From assembly GCA_051362555.1 (NCBI GenBank), contig CM120645.1, positions 5,518,001 to 5,582,000 of the forward strand: 64,000 bases of DNA, given 5' to 3'. Under the pieces are notes generated by a model. The model was not told the origin of the DNA and searched no databases. It saw only the letters and a list, made by a program, of their open reading frames with translations. Shown here in pieces: positions 26,076 to 37,900 of the stretch (position 1 is its first letter; every line of letters starts with the position of its first letter). A program made the position numbers and the translations under genes. This DNA is from Lingula anatina. Lineage: Eukaryota; Animalia; Brachiopoda.

Positions 26076-29000
26076 GTCCGAAGGTTCATTGGTCCGAAAA
26101 GTGGTAACATTTTCATCCATTTTTTAGTCAAGGGTTCATTGGTCTGAAGGTTCTATAGTGAATATTCGGACTAATGAACCTTCGGACTATTGATCCTTCG
26201 GACTATTGCTACGGCCCCGCACTATCAGACTCCCAGTCCCAAACAACCAGGCAGGGACCAAATAACTTCATGTTAGTTTTGAAAAAGTAGCGGACTAAAA
26301 GGGTAAAAGGTTCAACATTTAATTGTAGACTAAAGACTCAACTTAAAATATCACTGGATGAAAATAAAGCTGTCTGTCTTGATCCATTACATACAGTAGT
26401 ACTAGTACAGTGGTTCTAAGCAGTTCAACAGAAATGCCTGGGAAACAAGGTATAGTGTGTGTTATAGAGGTTATGTTAAGTCTTACAGTTTCATAAGGTG
26501 ATTGAGCATTACTGTTTAAAATGAATAATTTTATATTGATTAGAATCGATATCATATCAGTAACTGTATATTGTTTAATTTGTATTTTATAGCAACAAAG
26601 GACTGATGGGAATATGTTGCCTGTTGAAAATGTTGACATAGAACATGATATTGAATTAATCCGCTTTGGGCATGTACAGGGACAACTAGTTGCAGGCCCT
26701 AGGCATTGGCTGATAAAAGTTCGGGTTAGTATTTTACACATAAGTTTTGCATCATAACTAAGTCTCTTGAACCCTATATGAATGTCAATGAATGTCAATG
26801 AGGGACCATTAAATGATTAAGTGGTCTTCCTTTCATGTAGGTCCGCCATACATGTATTTAGGTCTCAGCCTTGGTAGACCCCGGTGATGTGAATGCTCTC
26901 TTAAATATGTAGTATGCCCCTCCCCCTCTTCCAAACTAATTAGAATGTAGCCTTTGATTTTGCTGCATTTGTCTGAAGTTATTTATTTGGAGACCTTGAT
27001 TAATGTCTCTGCAAATTCAAATGAAAAAAGAAAATAGTTTGTCAACGTATTTATGGATCTACACAAACCTGATTTTACCCTGTCAGTGATCTCACCTCTC
27101 ACTGCATGTGATTGAATGGACTAGAAGTGGTAACAATAAAAAAAGGGCGAGCAAGCAAATAGTAACATATAAGTTTGGTAATTAAAATAATGATTTCTTT
27201 TATTGTTAACACTTTTAGATTTTATGCTATGTGTAGAACCTCTGTCCAAATAGTAAAGAACAAACTTGTGAAAGCAAGTGAAATCCCCTATTTTGTTTTC
27301 AATTACATGGCAAGACTTTTCGAAAATGAATGCTACAGATGGAAATCTTATATCAAAAACAGAATGATTGATGTGAAAAGTCCCTTTCATGTTTGCTGTA
27401 CACTAGCATTGTATCTCTGGATGTTGTTAAATTAAAGCTGGTGCATTTTTTTTCAGGTCACTTCCACAGTATTGCGTCTTTTGTTTGGTAAAGCCTTTGT
27501 TGCCTATCCAGGGGAATTAGTCCATAGCTGTGTCTTCATGAGGGCAGATTCCAGCATGATCTTTTTCTTCTATCCAGCCATGCATGGTAAGTGATTGATT
27601 TTCAGCAAACTGTAGATTCCCTGTAATGCACAAAGATTACTACTACCAGTATAATATACAGCTCAGATAAAGTCCACATGCCACTGCACCTACTTCATAT
27701 TTCTGGTCATAAATTTGACCTATTTATATATCTCTCCCTCCATGCAGTTAGTAAAAATCAGTCAAATGATTTTTTTTATTTATGTTTATTTTATGTTGTG
27801 TGTCATTAATGTTGTGTGTGTGAAGGCATTAGTATTCAAATGAGAGTTGGCATTTAAGTGGGTGAAGTGGAATCGATCTGACATGTCAGCTCACTTCAAA
27901 TGCATCTCGATGTTTTAAATGTAACATTTGACGTATGCACAATACATGTATCACAATTTTTACGATAATCAGTCCCAAGCTCTTTAACTTAAGTTTTCAA
28001 AACTCTGGTTGCAGCTTAGTGAAAAGTGAACTGATTTTGATTGTAGAAACTGATTATCTTAATTTTTCTTTCAGCTTCATCCTGGGAAAGTGCTGAGGTT
28101 TGGTGTGCTCACATGTGCAGTATTAAGAGTCTCATTCTGGCGGCAGCTAGCAGACCTGCATGGAAAGGGAATCAGCCCCGGCCCTGTAGAATGTGTGTAA
28201 ATGTTTAAGTTTGCCAAAATTACCATACTTGCACAGAGAAATAGCACTGAGAAATAAACAGATTTATTTTTGGTATTTTTACAGTAGATGACAGTGATCC
28301 TTATCTAAGGTTCAAGTCATTTACAATGTTCATTTCTGAATTGTATAAAAGAACCCACAAATACCTTAAAATGCTATATTTTGCATCAGATACAATTACT
28401 GTATTTACAGAAGAATTACTCAAAAAAGCAAAGTTAATGAGTAGAATGCTTCTTTTAAGTTGCGATTGACAACATTCTTCATCTCCATTTGTTAAATGCA
28501 CATTTATAATAAAGCATGTTTGATATAATAATGATAATAATAATTATATTGATACCTCTGTGATACTAGAATATTATTTTACATCCATCAAATGTTTCCA
28601 GTGGATGATATTGTGATCAACAAAAGCAGAAAAATTAGTGTGAGGTTCATCAATATGAAAAAACTCACCAACTTCTCAGCAAGCAAAGCAAGAGGAGATA
28701 TTAAAGATGGTGCCAAGGTCATCCTTCATCTCCTGTTGCCATGTCTCTTCACTACTTGGCCCTTAACCAGTACAGACTGGAAGAAATGTAAAGAAAACCT
28801 GGTAGGCACTAGGGTTGTGTATTGTGACAAGCTTGCACTTTATGACTTTTCTTTGGAAAAGTTTAATTTTTTTATCTTCATAACACTCACCATAATTCTG
28901 TCACTATCTACTGTAACTGTAACAGATTTTTTAAACCTTAATTGGCTTTTGGGATGCATGCAACTCAAAACCATGTTTAAATGTTTGGCAGGTGGCAAAG

Positions 29001-29732
29001 GTTTTTCAGTATATTTCTATACACAGGTTATAAAAAGAAAAGTTTTATAGGTGCCACAAAATATAATTTAGCAAAATCAATTGCATGGGATATATTTGTT
29101 TTAATTTCACTGTAGCCACCACAACTTGTGGACTTTCTGCGTCTTGCTGCTAATGGGGAGGAGTCTGCTGAACACATTTGGATGTTATGTGGACAGGCTG
29201 ATAAACGTTTGAGTGAACATGGAGTGCAGTGTACAGGTAAGCAGGGCGGGGAGAAATATCTGTTAATAGGATTAACAGAAAAAGCCTTGTCTGAGACAAA
29301 TAAAAGGCAATGTAGAGCACCTAAAATTGTGATATTACTGCCTGAAGAGGTGAGGAACTGTTATTGTCGCCATTGTTCAACTTTTTTTTTTTCACCAACA
29401 TAAAGGAACAAAAAATAAGAGCTTAATTTTTATTTATTTATTTATTTATTTTTAATTTTCTTTTTATTTTCTTTTTATTTTCATTTATTTATTGGTGGGG
29501 GAGGCAAGTTTATCAATATTTTGGCTAGTAAAAATGGTAGTGAAATTGAACAAAATCATATGAAGGAACTATACTTTTATCTATTCTTAATAGTCACTCA
29601 GACTATAAATGAACTAAAATGAATTAGTTTGTCCTTAAAAATATTTCAAATAATGCCTAGAAATTTAATTTAAAAGAAAAGTCCTGAAAACTTTAAATGG
29701 CACATTGAATAGCTCGCTTTTGAGAGTAGCTT

Positions 29733-31989
29733 CTTCTTCTTCATGTGCTATCACCGATTCGGTGTTTGATGAACGATGATATTCTGCCAAAGGGTTCTAT
29801 TTCTCGCCCATGACCAAAGGTGTCTTGTTGGTAATTCAAAATTGTCAAGAAAGGATTTTCGATGCCTGCCTCGGGCACTTTTGCCAGGTATTCTTACGCT
29901 CAGGCTAAGATCTTCTAATCCCTCTTTTCTGATGCAATGTCCAAAGAACTTCAGTAGTCTTTCTCTGACAGTGTTGAGAAGCTGTCTTTTTTATCAATCT
30001 GTTTAAGGACCTCTCCATTTGTAACATGCTCAATGTAGGAGATTCGGAGCATTCGCCTGTAGAACCACATTTCAGCTGCTTCAATGTTACGTTGAGTTTC
30101 TGCTGTCAAAGTCCAAGACTCACAGCCATACAGAAGAGTAGACCAGACATAGGTTTTAAGGAGGCGGATCTTTATCTTTAAGGACAGCCAACAATCCTTG
30201 AAGATTGGGCCAAGACGGGTGAATGCATTTTTCGCTTGGCCAATTCTTCTTTGGATTTCTGTCTTGCAACAGGCGTTGTCACAAGTGCCCCGGGATAGTT
30301 GAATGAGGAGACCTGGTCGATGGGAGTGTTCCCATGAAGCAATCTGCAACGTGGTGTGACCTCTGACTTTGAAACCAACATGGTTTTTGTTTTTTTGCTG
30401 TTGACATGTCCAAGCTTTGTGCTGGAGGCAACAGCAGCATCAAAGAGATTTAGGAGATCCTCCCTCGATGTAGCTAAAAGAACTGTATCATCGGCATAGC
30501 GGAGATTGTTTATCCTGACACCATTGACTGTGATTCCTTCCAGACGATCCTCCAAATCTCTCAAGATCATTTTAGAGTATAAGTTAAAAAGGTCTGGAGA
30601 CATGACACAGCCCTGACTCACTCCTCTTTTGATGGGAAACCAGTTGGTCATGCCTTCAGGAAGGCGGACTGGTACAAGCTGATCACAGTAGACTGATCTT
30701 ATAACCCGCATGTCTCTGTCATCTATTTGAATTTTTGCAAGCATTTTGAAGAGCTCCTCATGTTGGATCTTGTCAAAGGCCATTTGATAGTCAATGAAGA
30801 CCATGTACAGGTCTTGTTGATGTTGTAAGGTTCTCTCGCTGAGCATTCTGAGAACAAATATGGCATTTCTGGTGCCTCTGTCTTTCACGAAACCAAACTG
30901 GTAGGGTGGGATTTCTGGCAGAATTTTGCATCTAATTCTTTGTAAGATGACTTTCAATAGGATTTTGAGAATGTGGGACATCAGGCTTATTGTGCGATGA
31001 CTTGAACAATCAAGTGTCACTGGGACTTTGGGTAGAGTGATGAAGATGGATTTGAGTATGTCCTTTGGAAACTTTCCAGTCTCAAAGATTTCACTGACTA
31101 GACTCCAAATCATGTCAGTACCTTCTTTTCCAAGAGCCTTGAGCATCTCTGTGTATACCTCATCTGGTCCAGCTGCCTTTCCAACTTTCATATTTCCCAG
31201 TGCCCACTTCACCTCTGACTTTAGAATTGGTGGACCGTTTTTTGCAGTTTCCAGAACAATGCCCTCTGGTTCTTGGTCGTCCTCGAAGAGATCTTGAACG
31301 TATTCTTCCCAGCGAGCTGAGACATCTTTAAATTCCTGTAAGACATAACCATCGGCAGCTTTAATGCATTTGGAAGGAGGGGTACATCGTTTACCTACAA
31401 TCTTGTTGATCTTTTGAAACATTTTGTTGGCATTGAAACTAAGGTTCTCAACTTCTTTGCATTTTTCCTCTAACCAAGCTTCTTTTGATTTGCGGCATTT
31501 CTTGATGTATTCTTGGTTTATTTGTTTGTATTGCACAGGGTTGGATTTGCAGATACTTCTTTTCTGCAAGAGATCTTTGAGTTCAGAACTGAACCAGTGG
31601 GAAGATGGTTTCTTGGCTTCCATTTTGGGAATGTTGTTCTCAGCTGCCTCTTGAATAGTTTGCGTTATTTGGTGGTAGTGTTTTTCTATATTATTGTTGG
31701 TTGATATTGGCAGACTTTTAAGAACTTCCCTTTTAAATATGTCGCATATCTCTGGGTCATGTTGCATGGCTGTGAAGTCGAACTTTGGTTTGACTTTGGA
31801 GTTTTGGATGCGCTTGAGTGATAATTTGAATTTGGCTATCACTGGATTGTGATCTGAAACAACATCTGCTCCTGGGAATGCATGGGAATTCTTAATAGCA
31901 TTTCGGAATCTTGAATTGATTGCAATAAAGTCAATCCGATTCCTGGCTCGGTCACCAGGTTTGATCCATGTGTAGCATCTTCTTGGATG
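29733..31989 (-). mobile_element. 5'-truncated RTE-clade non-LTR retrotransposon (end of endonuclease + reverse transcriptase), frameshifted, intronic
   Basis: RT motifs KAAGPDEV, RTISLMSH, QFGF, FIDY..AFD, GVSQGCVMSPDLFNLY, NNLRYADDTVL; RTE-type C-terminus LLYGCESWTL...AAEMWFYRRMLRISY. (GAA)n 3' tail. 11-bp TSD gagagtagctt at 29722-29732 and 31990-32000. Confidence 0.93.
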
Positions 31990-33229
31990 GAGAGTAGCTT
32001 AATGTGATGAATTTTGAATTTTTGTCACAGTGTAAGAAAGTAGGGCATTTGAAATTTGTAACTTGAAACCAAACTATTAGTCATTCATTTATTTTATTAT
32101 TTTATTAGATACAAACCCAACTGCTGTTGCTGATGACAGATCTTTGGCTCCACCTGTCTTAGTTTCTGACAATCAAGAATCCCCAGCTATAGGTAATACC
32201 AGAAATGAGTTAATCTTGCTTTCCCTTACCAACCAATCTAGAAACAACACCAATTTGAGGAAGAAATATCAAAAAAGTCCAAAAAGTTGAAAGGGATCCT
32301 GTCACATAGCACAATTTTGAAAGGAGTTTATAGTTATAATTTTCAAAATTAACATCTCGCTGATAAATGTTGTGGTATTTGACAATTTTTTACTTTGACC
32401 ATACTTAATTTTTCACTCATTTATAATTTACAGATGGCAGATATCCACCTGTCTCGTGTTCTGAACGTCAAGAATCTCTAGCCACAGGTAGTACCAGAAA
32501 ATATTATAATATTAATATCTTAAAACAAGAAGTATCTCAGTAAGAAATGTAATACAAGATAAAAAGGTTTAAAGATGTATTTAAGAAATAAAATTTATTT
32601 GTATTTTTTTTATTGTACTGTTTGTAGTTTGGTTATATTTTAGATTTGGTCAATGTAAAAACTGCAAATGCAAAATTGTCCTGCTTTTCACCCTTTTTGT
32701 GGCTGGTGGTGCATGCTCAGAAGGTGTTTTCATTGCTTGATGATCTTCAGTAGATTTCTTTTCTCTCATTTAAGAACCATCCATTGTCTTTCAGCCTCAC
32801 ACGAAGCCAGTTTCACCAGAGCCAGTGTAATGAACCAGTGTGAAGATAAAGGATTAAACTGCAAGCTAGTTGCTGGTGGGATTCATGATGGCGCACATAC
32901 AATCCCAGCTCCTGCAGTGAGAAGTGATCTGTCGAACATCAATTTTCACGAGGATCAAAGTTCTATGGGTAAGTTTTTGCCCCGAACCATTTCGTCTGCT
33001 GGCTCTGCAGGCTCTGCTGCCACGCTTCCAATTCTTCACCTAGACTACAATTATATTACCTGTCATAGCATCTCATGTACACAGGCCACATATTGTCTCA
33101 ACTTGATTTGTGAAGATTAGGGGGTCTTTCAGTGCATAGGTCTAGGGATGGCGTCCATCACAATACACCCTTTCCAAATTTTGGAATTTTAACGCTAGAT
33201 ATCTCCCAAACTAAATGAACTATGGGAGA

Positions 33230-33590
33230 GTTTATTTTACAAGTCTGATGAAAAGTCATATGGACATTTCAAATATGCCCTTGAACTTGACCCTTGTCCT
33301 ACTTTTCACCATAAACTGCACTTTGCAAATTTTGTGACCCTTTTATCTGGCAGAGATTTGCCCATAGTTATTATTAAATTTTGATAGGAAGTCATATATT
33401 TGCAATCTTCCTGTGGCCTTGAACTTGACCTTTGACCTTCTTTTCACCATAAACTTTGACTTATTTTACATCATGAACTGAAATTTTCCAACCTTTTTAT
33501 CTCAAAAACTGGCAGAGATTCCACTGGCAGAGATGCACCCTTAGTTGTTATTGAATTCAATATGAAGTCATATATTGGCATTCATACTAC
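33230..33590. repeat. ~138-bp tandem units (CCTTGAACTTGACC..TGACC family, Helentron-associated type); same family in opposite orientation at ~59720-60065
   Basis: CCTTGAACTTGACC at ~33280 and ~33417; AAGGTCAA.TTCAA.GTCA units at ~59733 and ~60001. Confidence 0.6.
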
Positions 33591-34779
33591 AGTCACTATG
33601 GTGTGCTTATTGCCATCGTTTGGAAATCTGCAAGATGTGCTCACAAACGTTTCCCTTTTCAGCAGAAAGTCATAGTAGTGGCCTTAACGGTATGACAAAT
33701 CAGAAGAATATCGGAGCCGACAGAAGCATGATATATGATCTCAATGACCAAGTGGACAGGGAGGCTATTAGCCCGAACCCTCAGCAGGTATGATGTATTT
33801 GTAGTGTTTGGTGGAATTGCTCTAGGATTTTATACTGTTTCATTTTATTTATTTATATTTTATTGATTGATTTATTTGTTTATTCATTATTTGGTATTTT
33901 TGTTTTTAAACATCCATTTATTTATTTTTCATATTAATTTGTACAATATATTTTAAGTGACACTTTGGTTTACAGGCAAATGGTGACAAGAAGGCTAGTG
34001 GAAAGCCAAGTCGACAGACTTCTGGTTTAGGAACCATGTCAACTCTTGACAGTCATGGTATGTGTTGTGTTATTGGCTGGCTACAAGTATTTTAACAATT
34101 TTTTTTCTAAATCAAGACTGTGTAAGACCAAAAATTAGAGTAGTGTCCCAATCTTTTAAATTGAGAAAAGCTATCAGTCTTTTAGATACATTATTTTGGA
34201 ACCATAAAAGATAATATTATACAACTGGCAAAATGAATTTAAGCAAGAAAAAAAGACCAGTTACGACATTTTTAACCCAACCATTAAAAAAAACACATAG
34301 GCTAGCATAAATTTTAAGTTATAGGTAAAGAGCTCTATTGTCTATTTTGGGAGAACTCTTTGCTGAGATAGCAGGATAGTGTCCCAACCTTTGACAGCCT
34401 ACTCTCAGGGGGGTTGGGGGGGTATTGCCAATATTTGGTGGACTGGCAGGTTTTTATCATGGGTTCATATTTGCCTACAAGAGGTCTGTTTACAGCATCA
34501 AGGCTAACCCTGATCAATTTTTGCCCACATACTCTTATTTTTGCTGCCTTCTCCTTTATTGATTAAATTTCATTATAAAATACAGAGTGGTGGATAAAGG
34601 GGCTTCAAAAGTCAGGTTATGCAGAGTTTTGTTTTCTCAGAAAATTTTGTGGTTAAAGAAGCTTATTTTTAAAATCCAGATGCACACTCCAAAAGTCATC
34701 AAAGACACAGTCACCAGTCCAATACAGCAAGACAGCATAAGAGTATGCCAGGTGCTAGTGTAGGCAGGATTGACAGTGG

Positions 34780-35720
34780 ACCAACATCTGAAAGAGCATA
34801 ACCAAAGAATGGGACAGCTGCTGATGAAGATGAGATAGAGAATGGGCCAACATCTGGAGGAGCACGACCAAAGAATGGGACAGCTGCTGATGAAGGTGAG
34901 ATAGAGAATGGGCCAACATCTGGAGGAGCACGACCAAAGAATGGGACAGCTGCTGATGAAGGTGAGATAGAGAATGGGCCAACATCTGGAGGAGCACGAC
35001 CAAAGAATGGGACGACTGCTGATGAAGGTGAGATAGAGAATGGGCCAACATCTGGAGGAGCACGACCAAAGAATGGGACAGCTGCTGATGAAAATGAGAT
35101 AGAGAATGGGCCAACATCTGGAGGAGCACGACCAAAGAATGGGACGACTGCTGATGAAGGTGAGATAGAGAATGGGCCAACATCTGGAGGAGCACGACCA
35201 AAGAATGGGACAGCAGCTGATGAAAATGAGATAGAGAATGGGCCAACATCTGGAGGAGCACGACCAAAGAATGGGACGACTGCTGATGAAGGTGAGATAG
35301 AGAATGGGCCAACATCTGGAGGATGAAGACCAAAGAATAGGTCAGCTGCTGATGTAGGTTAGATAGAGAGTGGGCCAGCATTTGGAGGAGCAAGACCAAA
35401 GAATGGGTCAGCTGCTGGGCAAGGCAGGTCAAGTAATGGGCAAACATCTGGAGGAGGACGACCAAAGCATGGGTCAGCTGCTGATGTAGGTGAGATAGAG
35501 AGTGGGCCAACATTTGGAGGAGCAAGACCAAAGGATAGGACAGCTCCTGGACAAGGCAGATGGCGACCAAAGGGTGGGGCAGCCGCTGGTGAAGGCAGGC
35601 TAGATAATGGGCAAACATCTGGAAGATGGCGACCAAAGGGTGGGACAGCCACTGGTGAAGGTAGGCTTGGGAAGAGACCTAAGAGTGGAAGATGGCGACC
35701 AAAGGATGGGACAGCTGCAA
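34780..35720 (+). repeat. 66-bp minisatellite, ~13-14 units, within exon 34680-35785 (PTSGGARPKNGTAADEGEIENG)
   Basis: CCAACATCT recurs every 66 bp (34781, 34847, 34913 ... 35309); units diverge toward the 3' end. Confidence 0.95.
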
Positions 35721-36499
35721 GTAGTTTTGCACCACACAAGAATAAGCCTGAAACCATCACTGACTACATGGAGCATATTTCCAAGGTACTTGTTATGTAC
35801 AATTATTAATTTTTTGAAATTATATTTGGGAACATTTTTGCTCATTTATTCAAATCTTTACTGCACTTCTCTTTATTTTTCCTCAAAATTTATGGTTAAA
35901 TTGAATTCTCATATAAATGTATGCTGTCAATGACTTTCAGAGGAAATCTGGTTGCAATACGAGACATGGGCACACCTCCTCATCCAGTGAAGATGAGGAT
36001 TGAACTGAAGTCCAGTTTAGAAGAAGGACCAAAACAAAGAAGATTCAGAATAAATGGATATTCATGATTATAATCTCATTTTAAATCTTGGTTATACTAT
36101 AAATTTGTATTTGTACTTATTTTACATGAATTTTACTCCGATTTATTGTAAAACTAATTGAACACATATATGGTATACCTGACTTAAATTCTTTTCTTCT
36201 CCATAAAGTTTCTCTGTCTGTGATCATGTGGGTAATTTTTATTTTATTACTTATTCCACTTGACAATTATGAAATAGATTATGTAAGTCATATATCAAAA
36301 TTCAGATCTAGGTAGAAGAAAGGGTATGGATTTTCTTTACTTGAAGTCCCCAAACAGTTTACCTCCCCTTCAAACACAGAATTGTACAACTTCTATGAAT
36401 TCATTGAAATATTTTATTATTGACAGATTTTACTCTCTATCTTTTTATTGCTTTTTCACTAATTAACAACTATTAAAGGTTACTTCACCCTACTTCAAG

Positions 36500-36990
36500 T
36501 ATTACGTTTAATGTGAATGTGAAGATGACATTCCGTATTATTTTAAAAGCATAATGACCATTTTGTTCCACTTGCACATGGTTTTTTAGATATACTAAGA
36601 GTGGATGTGCAGTGACTACACACAGGAAGACTAGTAAGGAGTAGAAATTTCTACATGATGCCCTGATAAAATGCGCAGTAAATCAATCAAAAAAGAACAA
36701 ACAGTGTGCAATGAATTCATATGGCATCGATACAATTGTTAATGTTATTGAAAAATGACATTTTGTATTATTTTAAAGCATAATGTGGTTTGTTCAACTA
36801 GCAGATTAAGTTTTGTAGTTGTACTAAGAATGGATGTGCAATGACTGAATACAGGAAGAATGATACAGGATATGAACTATTTCATAATGTGCTGTAAAAT
36901 ATGCTAATAAGTTGATAAAAGAATAAGTGGTGTGCAAAGATTTCATTTGACATTGATTAAGTTGTTTGTTCATACTTGATGTCATGTGCT
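36500..36990. repeat. Diverged tandem duplication of ~230 bp
   Basis: ATGACATT..GTATTATTTTAAA(A)GCATAATG and CTAAGA.TGGATGTGCA.TGACT each occur twice ~230 bp apart. Confidence 0.7.
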
Positions 36991-37099
36991 AAATGAAGTT
37001 AGTGTGTAGTCTGCAAGCACAGCATTTTAAGGATCAAAAGAATTTGCAAATGACAACATGCATAATTATAAATTATCAGAGGATTCCTCTGAATTATAG

Positions 37100-37900
37100 A
37101 GGAATTGGTTTATTATGCTGTTCAGCAAAAATCTATTGAGGTGCCAGATTTACTCCTTTTCTGGCCATAGAAGAAGATATATGGTGGATGAATAATACTA
37201 AGGGCGCATTCCCATAGATTTTAGATCGATCTATCCCTGTGGGGAGTCTCACTAGATTACTGTCCAATAATCCGGCTTAAATGTCCGTCCTGCCTACTAC
37301 AAGCTGTAAGGTGGTAATTAACGTTCGTGCCCGCTCGGCTGACAGCTATTTAGCTTGAACCCCCAGGGAGTTAGGTCGATCTAGTTGGATCGATCTAATC
37401 TCTGGGAATGGGGTCTAAGTATAAAAGATGGTTGCACCTTATAAGATTTTGGAACAGGCTTGTGAACATGAGTGAAGAAAGGATCACAAAACAAATTTTC
37501 CTTAGAAATTATGACTTGGCAAAAGAGGGTAACATTAATTTGTGTGCTCAGGTCTCTCAAGTTTTAGCTGTTTGTAAAATGGAGCATTTGTTTAATGAAT
37601 TAGTCTCTTGTGATGTTGGTGTTATAAGGGATATATTATTCAAATTGCAAGAGAGAGTATGGAAGGAAGCCATGTTAAAAAAGCCCAAGTAAAGGATCTA
37701 TAGAAAACTTGAAGAAAACTTAGTAGTGGAAAATTATGTTAAGTATAATTTAAAACCGGCAGAAAGATCGATCATGGCCCAGTTCAGATCAGGAGTTCTT
37801 CCATTATATGTGCAAACGGGCCGCTTTGTTAACAAGAAATTAGAGATAGACTATGTATTCTCTGTAACGATAAAAAAGTAGATGAGTATCATTTTTTATT
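37100..37900 (+). mobile_element. Decayed 3' fragment of a non-LTR retrotransposon ORF2 (C-terminal Cys/His region)
   Basis: RFWNRLVNMSEERITKQIF...KKPK*RIY...RSIMAQFRSGVLPLYVQTGRF...LCILC...DEYHFLL, with stops and frameshifts. Confidence 0.75.
37202..37415. mobile_element. PIF/Harbinger-like MITE inserted in the LINE fragment; related element at ~53884-54050
   Basis: Imperfect TIRs (GGGCGCATTCCCATAGATTTTAGATCGATC / GATCGATCTAATCTCTGGGAATGGGGTC). TAA on both flanks (37199-37201, 37416-37418). Removing it restores the LINE frame. Confidence 0.75.

Larger units (their letters stand above)
27457..36003 (+). pseudogene. Multi-exon gene with a degenerate kinase-like C-lobe, low-complexity linker and 22-aa repeat exon; disrupted or truncated by in-frame stops. 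Exons 27457-27586(?), 28075-28192, 28602-28801, 29116-29236, 32109-32192, 32434-32487, 32795-32968, 33663-33787, 33976-34057, 34680-35785, 35941-36003
   Basis: Exons from 28075 to 36003 join in consistent phase. RQLADLHGKGISPGPVELDDIVINKSRKISVRFINM resembles kinase subdomains VIa-VII without HRD/DFG; LPPQLVDFLR...SAEHI resembles subdomain XI. In-frame TAA (34799-34801) and TGA (35324-35326). The 5' exon phase is ambiguous. Confidence 0.6.

Noticed and set aside
26075-26225. Short GAACCTTCGGACTA inverted/tandem repeats (also ~25268-25320)
   Set aside because: Probably a decayed MITE, but termini and TSD could not be defined
34755-35636. 293-aa minus-strand Leu/His/Gln repeat ORF
   Set aside because: Antisense frame of the 66-bp repeat with a non-ATG start. 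The splice-phase evidence supports the plus strand, and a stop-free unit makes a long ORF trivially.
34780-35720. CRISPR-like appearance of the regular repeats
   Set aside because: Head-to-tail tandem units with no unique spacers, no cas genes, and a eukaryotic context
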